This document shows, piece by piece, positions 13,898 to 26,545 of a stretch of 64,000 nucleotides of DNA; the stretch's first letter is position 1; every line of letters starts with the position of its first letter. This DNA is from Octopus vulgaris. Lineage: Eukaryota. Location: contig OX597823.1 in assembly GCA_951406725.2 (NCBI GenBank), forward strand, positions 93,496,001-93,560,000, given 5' to 3'. Made by a program: the position numbers and the translations under genes. The notes below the pieces were generated by a model. That model made no database searches, was not told where the DNA came from, and saw nothing but the letters and a program-made list of their open reading frames with translations.

Positions 13898-14681
13898 GGC
13901 GGCGAGCAAGCAGAAACGTTAGCACGCCGGGCGAAATCCATAGCCTTATTTCGTCTGCCGTTACGTTGAGTTAAAATTCCGCCGAGGTGGACTTTGCCTT
14001 TCATACTTTCGGGGTCGATAAATTAAGTACCACTTACGCACTGGGGTCGATATAATCGACTTAATCCGTTTGTCTGTCCTTGTTTGTCCTCTCTGTGTGT
14101 AGCCCTTTGTGGGTAGTAAAGAAATAGGTATTTCGTCTGCCGCTACGTTTTGAGTTCAAATTCCGCCAAGGTCGATTTTGCCTTTCATCCTTTCGGGGTC
14201 GATTAAATAAGTACCATTTACGCACTGGGGTCGATATAATCGACTTAATCCGTTTGTCTGTCCTTGTTTGTCCTCTCTGCGTGTAGCCCTTTGTGGGTAG
14301 TAAAGAAATAGGTATTTCGTCTGCCGCTACGTTTTGAGTTCAAATTCCGCCAATTTGCCTTTCATCCTTTCGGGGTCGATTAAATAAGTACCATTTACGC
14401 ACTGGGGTCGATATAATCGACTTAATCCGTTTGTCTGTCCTTGTTTGTCCTCTCTGTGTTTAGCCACTTGTGGGTAGTAAAGAAATAGGTATTTCGTCTG
14501 CCGTTACGTTCTGAGTTTAAATTCCGCCGAGGTCGACTTTGCCTTTCATCCTTTCAGGTTCGCTTAAATAAGTAGCAGTTACGTACTGAGGTCGATATAA
14601 TCGACGTAATCCGTTTGTCTGTCCTTGTTTGTCTTCTCTGTGTTTATCCCCTTGTGGGTTGTAAAGAAATAGGTATTTCGT
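13898..14681 (+). mobile_element. Head-to-tail array of four family B SINE units (period 184 bp, one unit 177 bp)
   Basis: Full head ggcggcgag...cagaaacgttagcacgccgggcgaaat; later units restart at ggtatttcg at 14127, 14311, 14488 and 14672. Confidence 0.93.
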
Positions 14682-15020
14682 GATGGCTGGAGAAGAGATG
14701 TCTGTCGGAGTGTACGTTCCAAAAGAGAAGGAAGCATGTTGCACGAGTGTTGTGCGTGAAAGGAACCGTGTGAATATACGGGAGAAAAAAAGGAAAAAAA
14801 AAGGTTCCAGTGGTAGATTGGGACTTGTGAGGTCGGAGCGTGGCCTCATCATCGCTTCATTTGTATTGTCTTTGTATTGTTAATTCCATTCGATTTTTGT
14901 TTTATATATTTTATTTAAATTTTTAAAGTCACATTATATGTAAAATCATATCGCTTTACTGGTCCCATCAGTTGTTCTGTCCATTTCTATGTTTGGTTCC
15001 CGGTGGACAATAAAGAAATT
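14682..15020 (+). mobile_element. 5'-truncated 3' end of a Tx1-like LINE
   Basis: Homologous to 22228-22558 (tggctggagaagagatgtctgtcggag...atcatcgct); flanked by ggtatttcgt (14672) and ggtatctcgt (15021). Confidence 0.85.
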
Positions 15021-15339
15021 GGTATCTCGTCTGTTTTTACGTTCTTATTTTAAATTCCGCTTTGGTCGACTTTGCTTTTCGCCCTTTCGGGGTCGATAAA
15101 TTAAGTACCAGTTGCGTAGTGTATTCATCCAATCCACTGGCCTCCTCCTCCAAAATGTTGGGCTTTGTGCCTAGAGTAGAAAAGGATATTTAACATTCCT
15201 AGGTGGGTCATTGCTGTCCAACCACATGGTTCTGGGTTCGGTGGCAACTTGGGTAAGTGTGACTTGTACTATAGCCGCAGGCTGACAAAAGCATTCGGAA
15301 GACAGAATCTAAAACAAACCCGTCATCGTTAGCTCCTAC

Positions 15340-15505
15340 ACGCGTTTTTTTTTTCTCTCCTTGTTTTTTCTTCTGTGTGTCTTTCTGTCGAAGAACGTAG
15401 GCTCGAAACGTAAAAGACTTTTTCTATTCCTGAGCGCTATACTAATACATTTGTTTGTTTGTACTCCACCTGCCTTCGTCTTTTGTTTATTTTCGTAAAC
15501 TTTCC

Positions 15506-15508
<3 letters not shown>
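15340..15508 (+). mobile_element. Penelope pLTR-like end abutting (TA)n, copy 1 of 3, with hammerhead variant at 15379-15418
   Basis: gtcttt CTGTCGA a gaac gtag gctc GAAA cg TA aaagac; homologous to 35445-35633 and 55038-55225. Confidence 0.7.
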
Positions 15509-15564
<56 letters not shown>

Positions 15565-15565
<1 letters not shown>

Positions 15566-16061
15566 ATGTTTTCGATCTAATTTGGATTCTTTGCAATCAA
15601 ATTGGTGGTGCTCAAGCCTTGACAAAAAAAGGAGAGTTAAACTATATCAGCCGTAAGGGGATACATGTCTATCTTATCTAACTCGTCCAATAGAGCCCAC
15701 CAGTTGGTATCTGAAAAGTTCGATGAAATAACTCATGAACACTGCAATAGCTTCTACCAAAAGATGCTCCATTATGTCGACAGGTCTGAACAAGGGGACA
15801 TAATAGAAAAAGAATCATTCGTTTATTATCTCCCCTCGTTCAGAATCTATCGCAGTGTCCATGAGTTATTTCATCGAACTTTTCAGATATCAATTGGTGG
15901 GCTCTACTGGACGAGTTAGATAAGATGGACATGTATTCCCTTACGGCTGATGTAGTTTAACTCTCCTTTTATCAAGGCTTGAGCACCAATTGAAGAATTC
16001 AAATTTGATTGCAAAGATTTCAAATCTGATGGCAAAGAATCCAAATTAGATCGGATACATC
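15565..16061. mobile_element. ~500-bp MITE-like foldback element between (TA)n tracts
   Basis: 15565-15755 is the reverse complement of ~15842-16061 (with an indel); inner stem tctgaacaaggggacataata/tattatctcccctcgttcaga. Confidence 0.85.
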
Positions 16062-16124
<63 letters not shown>

Positions 16125-16487
16125 AGAGAGAGAGAGAGAGAGAGAAATAATTATATGTATTTCTCTAAGTTCTCCACTACAGTTCGACAACCAGTTTTAT
16201 TGTGTTAACTTTTCTGGAACTTAGCGATTCTGCACAAGAAACCGATAGAATAAGTACCAGGCAAAGAATGAAACAAATAATAAGCAAAGGTTTCGAGTCA
16301 TTCGACTAAAATTCTTTAAGGCGGTGCCCCAGCATGACCGCAGTCGAATAACTGAAACGAGTAAAAGAAGGTAGAGTCTTTCAGCCGGAGAGTAAATCGC
16401 AGTAATTTCTTGGATTGTGCCGATCAGAACAATAATAATGTCTGTGAAAATGGAAACTAGTTAGGAATAACGGGGACACATATTTGC

Positions 16488-16990
16488 ATGAACTACCATA
16501 ATACCTTTTCTACTATAGGCACAAAGCCTGAAATTTTGTTTTGTTGGACTAGCCGATTACATTGACCCTAGTGAAGGCGGCGAGGTGGCAGAAACGCTAG
16601 CACGCCGGGCGAAATGCGTAGTCGTATTTCGTCTGCCATTACATACTGAGTTCAAATTCAGCCGAGATCGACTTTGCCTTTTATCCTTTGGGGTTCGATT
16701 AAATGAGTACCGGTTACGCACTGGAGTCAATATAACCGACTTAATCCATTTGTGTGTCCTTTCCTTATTTGCCCCCTCCTTTTTTAGCCTCTTGTAGGTA
16801 GTAAAGAAATATACATTGACCCTAGTGTTTCACTGGTGCTTAATTTGTCGACCCCTCGAAAGGATGAAAGGCAAAATCAACCTTTGTCAAATTTGAACTC
16901 AGAACGTAGCAGCGAATGAAATACTGCTAAATATTTCGCCCGGTGTGATAACGATTCTTCCAGCTCGCCACCTTATGAACTACCATAATA
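16488..16990 (-). mobile_element. Family A SINE (minus) with a nested family B SINE (plus, 16574-16811)
   Basis: Outer 16-bp TSD atgaactaccataata (16488-16503, 16975-16990); inner 16-bp TSD tacattgaccctagtg (16558-16573, 16812-16827). Confidence 0.92.
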
Positions 16991-17112
16991 TGTTGGCTGG
17001 TTTAAATATGACAAAGTATGGTATTATTATTTATTGTGTTGAGTCAAATGTTTTTCGTTATTCTGGTTACTTATTTGCTGTATTCTTCAAATAGCAAGAA
17101 AAGCAGCCAACC

Positions 17113-17283
17113 GTTCAAGGTAGAGGCCATTGTGTTGAACCGTCTGAAGACACTTTTCTTCCAGTTCTTTAATGCCGCCCTGATACCAGTTCTTTTCTTT
17201 TCCATCGAGGTGAAGAATTCTTTCACTGAAGCTTGCACCACCTCTCGGTTGATGAAACGTCTCGAGCGTAGGAGGTGAGCGCA
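17113..17283 (-). pseudogene. Mariner transposase C-terminal remnant (frameshifted)
   Basis: HLLRSRRFINREVVQASVKEFF / KEKNWYQGGIKELEEKCLQTVQHNGLYLE matches the mariner C-terminal pattern (L.G.RF...V...V.EFF..K...WY..GI..L..RW......G.YFE). Confidence 0.8.
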
Positions 17284-17289
17284 AATATT

Positions 17290-17503
17290 CTCTTCTACTC
17301 CAGGCAAAAGGCCCGAAATTTTGCGGGAGAGCGCCAGTCGGTTAGATGGACACCAGTATGTAACTAGTACTTAATTTATCGACTCCGAAAAGATGAAAAG
17401 CAAAGTCGACCTCGGTTGAATTCGAACTCATGACGTAAAGACAGACGAAACACCGCTAAGCATTTCGACCGGCGTGCAAACGTTTCTGCCAGCTCGCCGC
17501 CTT
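17290..17503 (-). mobile_element. Family A SINE
   Basis: Full head tctgccagctcgccgcc (reverse) and A-type tail. Confidence 0.88.
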
Positions 17504-18147
17504 ACCGCTCGTCCCTTTGAATTCTATAAAAACATTCTCAGTTGAGCACTGAGGTCGATGTGATCGAATTAGCCCCTCCCCCGATTGCTCGTCTTTTTTT
17601 GCTAGAATTTGAAACTGTTATGCTAATGTTATGAATTATGTCAGTTCACGGGGCCTGTTTTAGGGTCCCCGAAATTTGTGAGAAGGACAGTATTTTCAAA
17701 TGGAAAATCTGGCTTGAATGCTTGCTACCGAGTAGACTAATCTAAAGGACCTTAATCATCATGCCGGTCAGAAGATCAGGCTTATGGGTGCATTCAATCT
17801 AGCCTCTCACCACCATCATTTAGGCCATGGTGAGATTCGAACTCTTAAAACAAAGCGCGTAAATATATTACGCTAGGAAACCAATCCAATGTTCTTACAA
17901 TTCCATCAATTCTCTGCCTCGAATTGGCGTGTTTGTTGTGCTGCAGAACGATGAAATTGAGTGTCTGTCTCGGCAGGACTCGAGCTGAGAGCACGGGAAG
18001 TCGGAAGAAAATTCGCGAAGCATTCAGACAGACGCTTGGACGACTGTGGTGACTCGACACTTATAGATGAACGCTCATTAAAGTAATTATCGTTCTCCTC
18101 GGAAAGGCAAAGACAAGTTCATAACTATACACACACATATATAGTTA

Positions 18148-18316
18148 TTCTTTTCTACTCTAGACAAAAGGCCCGAAATTTTGGGGGAGGTGGCCAGTCG
18201 ATTACATCGACCCCAGTACGAAACTGGTATTTAATTTATCAACCCCGAAAGGATGAAAGGCAAAGTCGACTTCGGTGGAAATTGAACTCAGAACGTAACG
18301 ACAGACGAAATACCGC

Positions 18317-18391
<75 letters not shown>

Positions 18392-18574
18392 CTTTACTAC
18401 CCACAAGGGGCTAAACACAGAGGGGACAAACAAGGACAGACAAATGGATTAAGTCGATTAAATCGACCCCAGTGCGTAACTGGTACTTAATTTATCGACT
18501 CGGAAAGGCTGAAAGGCAAAGTCGTCCTCGGCGGAATTTGAACTCAGAACGCAACGACAGACGAAATACCGCTA
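18148..18574 (-). mobile_element. Family A and family B SINE bodies separated by (CA)n(TA)n
   Basis: Both terminate at cagacgaaataccgc on the plus strand; B tail at 18388-18450. Confidence 0.88.
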
Positions 18575-19671
18575 CACACATACATAGTTATTAGTAAAGT
18601 CACTAGAGATCAAACGAAATGTGTTTGCAGTATTTATTCATTTTTTTTCGTTTGTTTTTGAGGTGAAATTCTACGTTTAAATCCAGCCGAGTTCAAAACA
18701 GATCATTCATACTTCTCTTCCGTTCACTAAGTGGTTTCAAATTTTGGCTCAAAGCCAGTAATATTGGGGCGGTGATAAATCAATGACATCGACTCCCCAA
18801 TGCTCAACTGGTACTTATTTTGTTGACACCGAAAGGATGAAAGGCAAAGTGGATTCGGCGTAAATGGAATTCTGAACTTAAAGACGAACAAAATGCCTTT
18901 AAGCTTTTTTCCCGCTGCGCTAACGAGTCCGCCAGCTCACCGTCTTTTTAGATTAAAGTACGAATAAAGGGATGTAGGTTAGGGGAATTTTGATAATGTT
19001 ATGCGTCATACGTTGCTGCATTTATTTTGATTCCTAGTAATCTGTGTCCAAATCGCTGTTAGCTTAATTGGTTAACCCATCGCTGGATTAAGAAGACCAC
19101 TTAGTCCGTAAGCGATTGTAAAAGAGTCCTCGCTTTTCCAGGCTTGTGACCAAGATCTTTCATTCAACCATACTTCCGGATTCTTGCGATACAATATCTC
19201 AATTCTGAAAGAAGCAACAAGGTGTAGAAATATTTATCCAGTTAACCCTGATGTCCGCTGAAAATCGATTCTTCTGGGGGAAGGAAAAGAACCCGAAATG
19301 AAGTGCTTTGCTAAAAGACATTCAAATCGAACTCACAGCAGTGAGTTCAAATCGAACTCAGGAGCCCAATACGTAAACTGTTTGGGAAGAGGCCTTCAGG
19401 TACGCACTCACACATGCATAGGTGCAACCCAAGGTAATTTGAAAATCGATTACGTTTTTACAATTTTCAATCTACGGTGAAATATCTCAATTAACCGCCT
19501 CTATATATCCACTATATAGGTCACATACATACACACACACATATATATATATATAATATATACATACACACATATAAACAAATATATACGCAAACATACA
19601 CACATGCACACACACATACATATACATACATACATACATACATACATACATACATACATACATACATACAT

Positions 19672-19718
<47 letters not shown>

Positions 19719-20087
19719 TATTCAGATGCATATATCAGTAGTGCGCATTCTTGTCTAAGAAATATATGATTATACCAACAAACATGAAACGGTTTGCTGA
19801 ACTAATTTATCACAGCGACATTATATATATGTTCATCTCGTTCTTATCCCGCTGTTGTCAACAACTCGTATATCAAAATAGCAGGCCATGCATCAGCGAG
19901 ATATAACTGAGAAGCGTTTGACTTCGACGTCTTACAAACCATGCTATGTAATGTCAAGTTCGTACATGACTTTGTTAACATCTCTTGGTTTTACGTTTTG
20001 ATAGATACAAGCTAAAAACAAAAACAAACAAAAAGAAACACAAAGAGAGGTGATAGGTAAAGATTTTTAATATATCCGTATTGATAA

Positions 20088-20363
20088 GGTAGCGAGCTGG
20101 CAGAAACGCTAGCACGCCGGGCGAAATGCGTAGCGGTATTTCGTCTGCCGTTACAGTCTGAGTTCAAATTCCGCCGAGGTCGACTTTGCCTTTCATCCTT
20201 TCGGGGTCGATTAAATAAGTACCAGCTACGCACTGGGGTCGATATAATCGACTTAATCCGTTTGTCTGTCCTTTTTTGTCCTCTCTGTGTTTAGCCCCTT
20301 GTAGGTCGTAAAGAAATAGGTATTTCCTCTGCCGCTACGTTCTGAGTTCAAATTCCGCCGAGG
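20088..20363 (+). mobile_element. Family B SINE plus start of a second unit
   Basis: Full head and B tail, restart at ggtatttc (20319), interrupted by the LINE. Confidence 0.92.
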
Positions 20364-22558
20364 TATGTATGCCAGACTTGTTCGGGCAGCTACTGCATAA
20401 CGTGTACACGAACTGACAATAGAATGGGTTTATCCCCAGATCTGTTTATTCCCAGATCGCCGGGGCGTGGTGATCAGAAAGGACCGGACAAGCGGGATGT
20501 TTTAGATAATTTCAGGGCCATCATTCTGTTAAACGCTGAAAGACGAATTTGGCCAAGGTTTTCGCAAAAAGGTTGGGGCGTGTCACGAGAGGCATAGCCG
20601 GGGAGGCACACACATGGGCCATCTCAGGCAGAACCATTCAGGATAATCTCCATCTTATGCGCTATACCACAGAGATGGTTGGTGATAACTCTGGTAAAGG
20701 TGGGGCATTGGAGCATTTATACCAATCTAAAGCTTTTGATAGGGTCGAACTTCGATACCTGGCGAATGTTCTTGCGATCTTTGGCCTGGACTTTGGATTC
20801 CTCAGGTGGTTTATCGCTCTGTGGTGGTTTATCGCTCATATGACTCGATAATTCGAATGAATGGTTTCCTTTTGAAGCCGTTCTGCATCAGATGCTCGGT
20901 TCCTAAAGGATGTCTGCTCTCACCACTTTTGTATGTGGTGGCTCTTGAGCACCTACTGCGAAAGTTGAGTGACATCTCGTGACAACCAGGTTTAGAGGAG
21001 TTTGTTTCGGCTTCCGCGTACGATATCATTATCAGCGTTACCACAGTATAACGCCTAGGTGAAGTGAGTAAGGCTGTTGAGGTTTACGAGACGGTGGCAG
21101 GAGATCAACCGGGAAAAGTCGGTCATCTTGCAGCTCGGCACCTGGGTTGGCAAGTCGATGCCGTCAAACAGCGTTGTTGGGCACTGGGCGGAAGGACCGG
21201 TTGAATTGCTGGTAGTCTGGTTGGACCAGGCCTCCAGATAGAGAAGGACTAGACGGAGGTTTCGAACAGGGTGGCTGCAATAGTCGAGACCTGGTCTTGG
21301 CGGTGGCTATCCCTGAAAGTGTGAGCGGAGGTGGCCAATATGTTTATCGCATCGGCCATTACCTACCGTCTGACCGTCGTGCTCTGTTTGGATTCGTGTG
21401 TGATCAGGTTGGAGAAGGAGCTCTTTCACGTAGTCAGAAGCCGTTAACGGGAGGTTTAGGGATGCCTTGGTTAATGATGCGCAGGTATACGTTGAGATTG
21501 AGGCATATCTGGATCCTCCTCGATGGTGAACGGGTGTGGTCTCTGCTAGCCAGACAAATGTTCCCCGAGTTCAAATTGTTTTTGCGAACAGGAAGCCCGG
21601 TGTTCTTGTAGACCGAGGTCGAGTAAGCAGCATATGGAGTGTCGTAAGGCCCTCTTGCTATTCCGGCGGTCGGGCAACGCCAGCGGTGGGGGGTTCTACA
21701 CGTTTTTTATATAGTGGGTTGGTAGAGTTTAAATGGGACGATGGCCTGGGAGCGACTCTAGGTCTCGGGTATGTTCAACTTGACAGCCTGTTCCACCGGA
21801 CATTCTGCTTGAGAATGTTAGACAATTTCCAAAAGTCCTTGACCTGGCAATGTTACAGGGGCGCCTTGTCCGTTTGGGATAAACTCGCAAGACATGGAAT
21901 GTCTTACTCTCCGACCTGTCCAAGATGGAGGGGAGCAGGGATACCATCCCTCACGCTACCGTCCAGTGCCCGGGGATATCTGAAATATGAGTTTATACTG
22001 AACACCATTTGTCCGGCGAAGGAAGAGTACAGCTGTCGACTGGGTCAATTATAAAAATTAACCCACCGGAATTTTTAACAAATGAAGGTAAGACTTGTTT
22101 TCTCACTGTTGTAGCAATTGCGAAAGAGGCAGTATGGAAGTCTAGGATAAAATGGATTAAGACAGGTAACTTTATCTCCGGCCAGGAGTTAAGATCGTTT
22201 TTCACTTTTCACTTGAGAAGGAAAGTGTGGCTGGAGGAGAGATGCCTGTCGGAGAATGTTAAAAAAAAGATGGAAGCATCTTGCAAGAGTGCTGTGCGTG
22301 CAAGAAACCACGTGAATAGGCGATTGAAGAAAAACAAGAGATGAAAGAAGTACCAGCGATAGATTGGGGCTTAAGGGGTCAGAGCGCGGCCTGATCATCG
22401 CTACATTAGTGTTGTCTGTATTGTTAATTTCATTCGATTTTTTAATATTTTATATAATTTTCATATTCATATTTATGTAATATCATAACGTGTTACTGAC
22501 CCCAATCAGTTGTTTTGTCCTATTCTTTGTGTAGCCCCTTGTGGGTAATAAAGGAATT
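20364..22558 (+). mobile_element. 5'-truncated decayed Tx1/L1-clade LINE (ORF2 RT + CCHC knuckle + 3' UTR)
   Basis: Fragments DNFRAIILLNAE, LAKVFAKRL, GRTIQDNLHL, QSKAFDRV, KGCLLSPLLYV, GGLGMP, WQCYRGALSV...TCPR...H...CP; many stops and frameshifts; 3' end gtagccccttgtgggtaataaaggaatt. Confidence 0.92.
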
Positions 22559-22720
22559 GGTATTTCGTCTGTTTTTTATGCTCTGAGTTCACATCCTACA
22601 CAGGTCGACATTGCGTTTCATCTGTTCGGGATCGATAGTACCAGTTGCGTACTGGAGTCGGTCTAATCGACTGGAACCCTCCCTCAAAATTTCGGGCCTT
22701 GTGTCTAGAGTAGAAAAGAA
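22559..22720 (+). mobile_element. Family A SINE remainder downstream of the LINE
   Basis: Begins ggtatttcgtctg and ends aaaatttcgggccttgtgtctagagtagaaaagaat. Confidence 0.88.
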
Positions 22721-25350
22721 TATTTCAGTATTGATTCTTGTTTTTCTTTCTTTTTGCCTATTATGTACTCCGGAATGGAAATGTTACTGTTTGTCTGTCG
22801 CGGATGTTCGTTTGCATCGTCCTCTTAACTTAAAATAGGGTTTGATGCTGGTCTGAAGAAATGCTACTCAAATGTTTAAAATACAAATTTTACGCAATTT
22901 TTCACTTGGGACATTGAAAGCAGAGTTTGTACAGAAACAATTCTTTTATATTTAATCTCTTACTTTCTTCACTCATTGGACTGCGGCCATGCTGGAACAC
23001 AGTCGACAAGAATATTTTAGTTGAATGTATCGACACCAGGACATATTTTTAACGCCTGGTACTTATTCTATCGGTCTACTCTGCCGACCCGCTAATTTAC
23101 GGGGACGTAAACACACCAGCACTGGTTGTCAAGCGGTGGTGCGGGCGGGGAGGTGGGGGACAAACGCAGACAGAAAGACACAAACACACGAAGGACTTCA
23201 TTCTGATCAGAGCAGTTTTGGGCTCTAAACAAGACCAACATCTTTATTGCTGTGGCCATTGTACAATATATAATCTTTTCGTCTCCGATCGCCACCACAA
23301 CAGCCATAGAAATGAGAGTTGTAACATAAAAATAAGCTATTTGCACTATAGCCAGTGTGTGTATGTGCATGTGTGGGGACGTTGGCAGCTTCTTTCTGAA
23401 GTTTCTAACATGGCGTTGTATGTGTTTCGATGGGAAGTATTGGCAATCCGCCATTTCGTCTCTCGTTAAGGTAACTGTCAATATCGAAGGCGGTGATGTT
23501 GACTCTAATAATGTTGTTTATATTGATCATAATGTTGCTGAAAGTCATGATGAAAATGATTGCTATGGTCACTGTAACGATGATGATCATGAATATAAGG
23601 TGATGTAACCGTTGCTGACTTTTTCTATTTCTAGTGAGCATGCGTAGGATGTGTCTTTATAAAGATCATTGGTTTCTATCATGAGTTTGCCAAGAGAAAC
23701 TTATCAAGAATATTATTCTACAAAACTCAAGATTTTGCTTCGTATTGCTTACCTTCGAATGTACTATTTATGTCTCAAGTGACAGCTGCCTAAAGACAAG
23801 TTTGTCGAATGATATTGCTTAAACAACGATATTTATCCACGACTTAGTTGTACGTGTATTTCAAAGTCAGAACGACTCTGACGTTACTTTGTTTCAAAGG
23901 AAAACTTGGAAAATTGATAAGAAGTCGAGAAATCTCATAAGGCCTCAAAAGGTAACATATGTGTACTGGCTTTTAACAGTTCTTCCAGTTTATGGCATTT
24001 ACATAAAATTAATTACATTTACCTTGATTAGAAAATGGTAAGTAGAGTTATTAGGAATATATCGTGTTGCTGCGGAGAAATAATGTCGTTAATTACGTCA
24101 CTATAAGGAATGGCTACTGATGGAATGCTTAAGTCATCTGCTTCAAATGTTACCGCAATTTTAATTAATGATTTCAAACTCTGAACAAGCCACTACTATG
24201 CTACCTTTAGGCTAGGTAGATAATCAGGTTGTATTAGTAGATGTGAGTGAGATATATGTCTAAGTGTAGACCATAATTTCATTCAAGCTCTTAACAACCT
24301 AACTTCAGACGATGTAAACGATATTCTACGAAACGCTTGTTCCAAAAATTACTATACACACTTTGAAATTCAATTATTTAATTCAAGTTAACTTGAAATA
24401 AATACATTTCCAGAGGAAATAAATGATGACTTGGAATGTTCTATGTTGATATAGAAGAGTTCTTGGAAAACTAAAGGTGTCACGCATGGCCCACTCCCCT
24501 AATAACCTGCATCGTGCCGCTTCAGCTTATTCAAACATTACTATCTTTCAATGTTATCTTTAAATAATAACTACGGATTGAATAACACAAAGATCACTCA
24601 CAGACACCTAACATTGGTCCATAGATGTGCTGGCTTATCATTCTTTCTTTTTGCTCTCTACTAGTGTCGCGTTTGCTTTTCAGAGTTGTCGGTTCACGTA
24701 CCTCACCCTCCATACACACCAAAGCATTTTGTTCTATTCCTCGTTTCTCGTCTCGTCACTCATTCGCTTTCCACTGGCGTTGCAATGAAACAATTTCCTA
24801 GTCTTTTATACTCAGATTACCGCGGTTATGAGATTAATATAATGCAGAAAGCCAAAAAACTGCTGTATTGGTCAAAGCGTCTTCTGTAGACGCGTGCTCT
24901 ATGGTCACTATAAACTTGTACCGATTACTACAATTTAGTTTCTATAAAACATAAACATGCTGTTGAATAGATTATAGTTTTGTCAAATAAACATAAAAAG
25001 TTTAAACCTAAAAAATGTATTATCACTAGAGGAAGAATGGAAACAGTCTACCAGAAGTGAAAGGATTTGAACTCATAGAATAGAAGAAAGGCAATCAAAT
25101 AAGAAAGATAGTTTAGACCGATGTTTTTTCCAGTTGTGAACATTGCTTCTCTGGAGTTGAAAAATAAAAACAAAACTGTTACATAGATGAAGGTAGCCCA
25201 GAAATCTACGAAATAAAAAAATTATAGTATCCAAGTGCACGAGTGTATACATATACATATATATATATATACTTTGATACTTTGATACTTTGATAGGTTT
25301 CGGCCATTATTGGCCCAGGCCATGTCTAACTTAATAGCACCACCTGGGTG

Positions 25351-25382
<32 letters not shown>

Positions 25383-25386
<4 letters not shown>

Positions 25387-25603
25387 CATTACTACCCACA
25401 AGGGCCTAAACATAGAGGGGACAAACAAGGACAAACAAAGGGATTAAGTAGATTACATCGACCCCAGTGCGTAACTGGTACCTAATTTATCGACCCTGAA
25501 AGGATGAAAGGCAAAGTCGACCGCGGCGGAATTTGATCTCGGAACGTAACGACAGACGAAATACGGCTACGCATTTCGCCCGGCGTGCTAACGTTTCTGC
25601 CAC
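25383..25603 (-). mobile_element. Family B SINE
   Basis: Reverse complement of the B consensus including the tail. Confidence 0.9.
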
Positions 25604-26220
25604 CTCGTGTATGTATGTATGTATGTATGTATGTATGTATGTATGTATGTATGTATGTATGTATGTATGTATGAATGTATGTATATATACACATATAAAT
25701 ATAACGAACGAAAGAAAGGGAAAAGGAAATACAGTGTGGTGTGCAAAAAAGTAATTCGAGATATATGCTTTTTATTAAGCTAAAATACATATCAGAGGGG
25801 GAAAAACATATCGCTTCTCTACAAACGTACTCTTTCCATAGAAAAATCGCCTGAAGCTTTGTGAAGCAGAAAATAAATAAGAGAAGATCTGAAATATTCC
25901 AGATTATTTCTAAACACGCAACAGTAGAAATCACATTTTCTATGTTTATACAGACTTTCTTCTACACAGTGGATTAATAAACAGAGTTTCAGCAATACTT
26001 TGAGCCAACAATATAACTTTTCCTACAAAATATTTCCGTAATATAGTCCTAAGAAAGACGTCTTCATGAGTGCAAAATAAAATTTGTATAGAGCCGTAAA
26101 AATATAACATGTTGATATAAATTTTAGGAACTGACACTCTAAAATGTGTCGTCTATATGTTTGTACAATTCGTAACTAGATTCTCACGAATGTATATATA
26201 TATATATATATATATATACA

Positions 26221-26495
26221 CCCGTTGTTAATGTTCTGTTATATGAATTTGTGTAACATTCTCCGTTTTTCCGTCCTTGTTTTCGTGTACATTCGCTGCT
26301 TTCTTCCAAGGAATCTAGGGCTCTTGGTTTAGTTTTTGATTGGGGCTTGCCAGATTTGAGCAATCTCGAGTATAACCAGCCGAAATTGCAAAAATAATCT
26401 GAAACTCGACTGAGGAAAGAAAACTCCGAATGACCCGTCCCTGTTTGCTTTGTATCTTCTATCCGAATGTTTTGATGTTTTGCGTTCTTGTACCA

Positions 26496-26500
<5 letters not shown>
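26221..26500 (+). mobile_element. TA-flanked repeat fragment related to the 27300-27550 arm
   Basis: ccgtttttccgtccttgtttt...tttcttccaag...cagccgaaattgc...cgttcttgt-ccagttt shared with that arm. Confidence 0.75.

Positions 26501-26545
<45 letters not shown>

Noticed and set aside
13898-14681. Regular 184-bp array as CRISPR or satellite
   Set aside because: Units are SINE bodies with no unique spacers
17925-18110. CpG-richer unique stretch as an exon or promoter (also 49600-49740)
   Set aside because: All plus frames close quickly and no motif is diagnostic; cannot be supported from sequence alone
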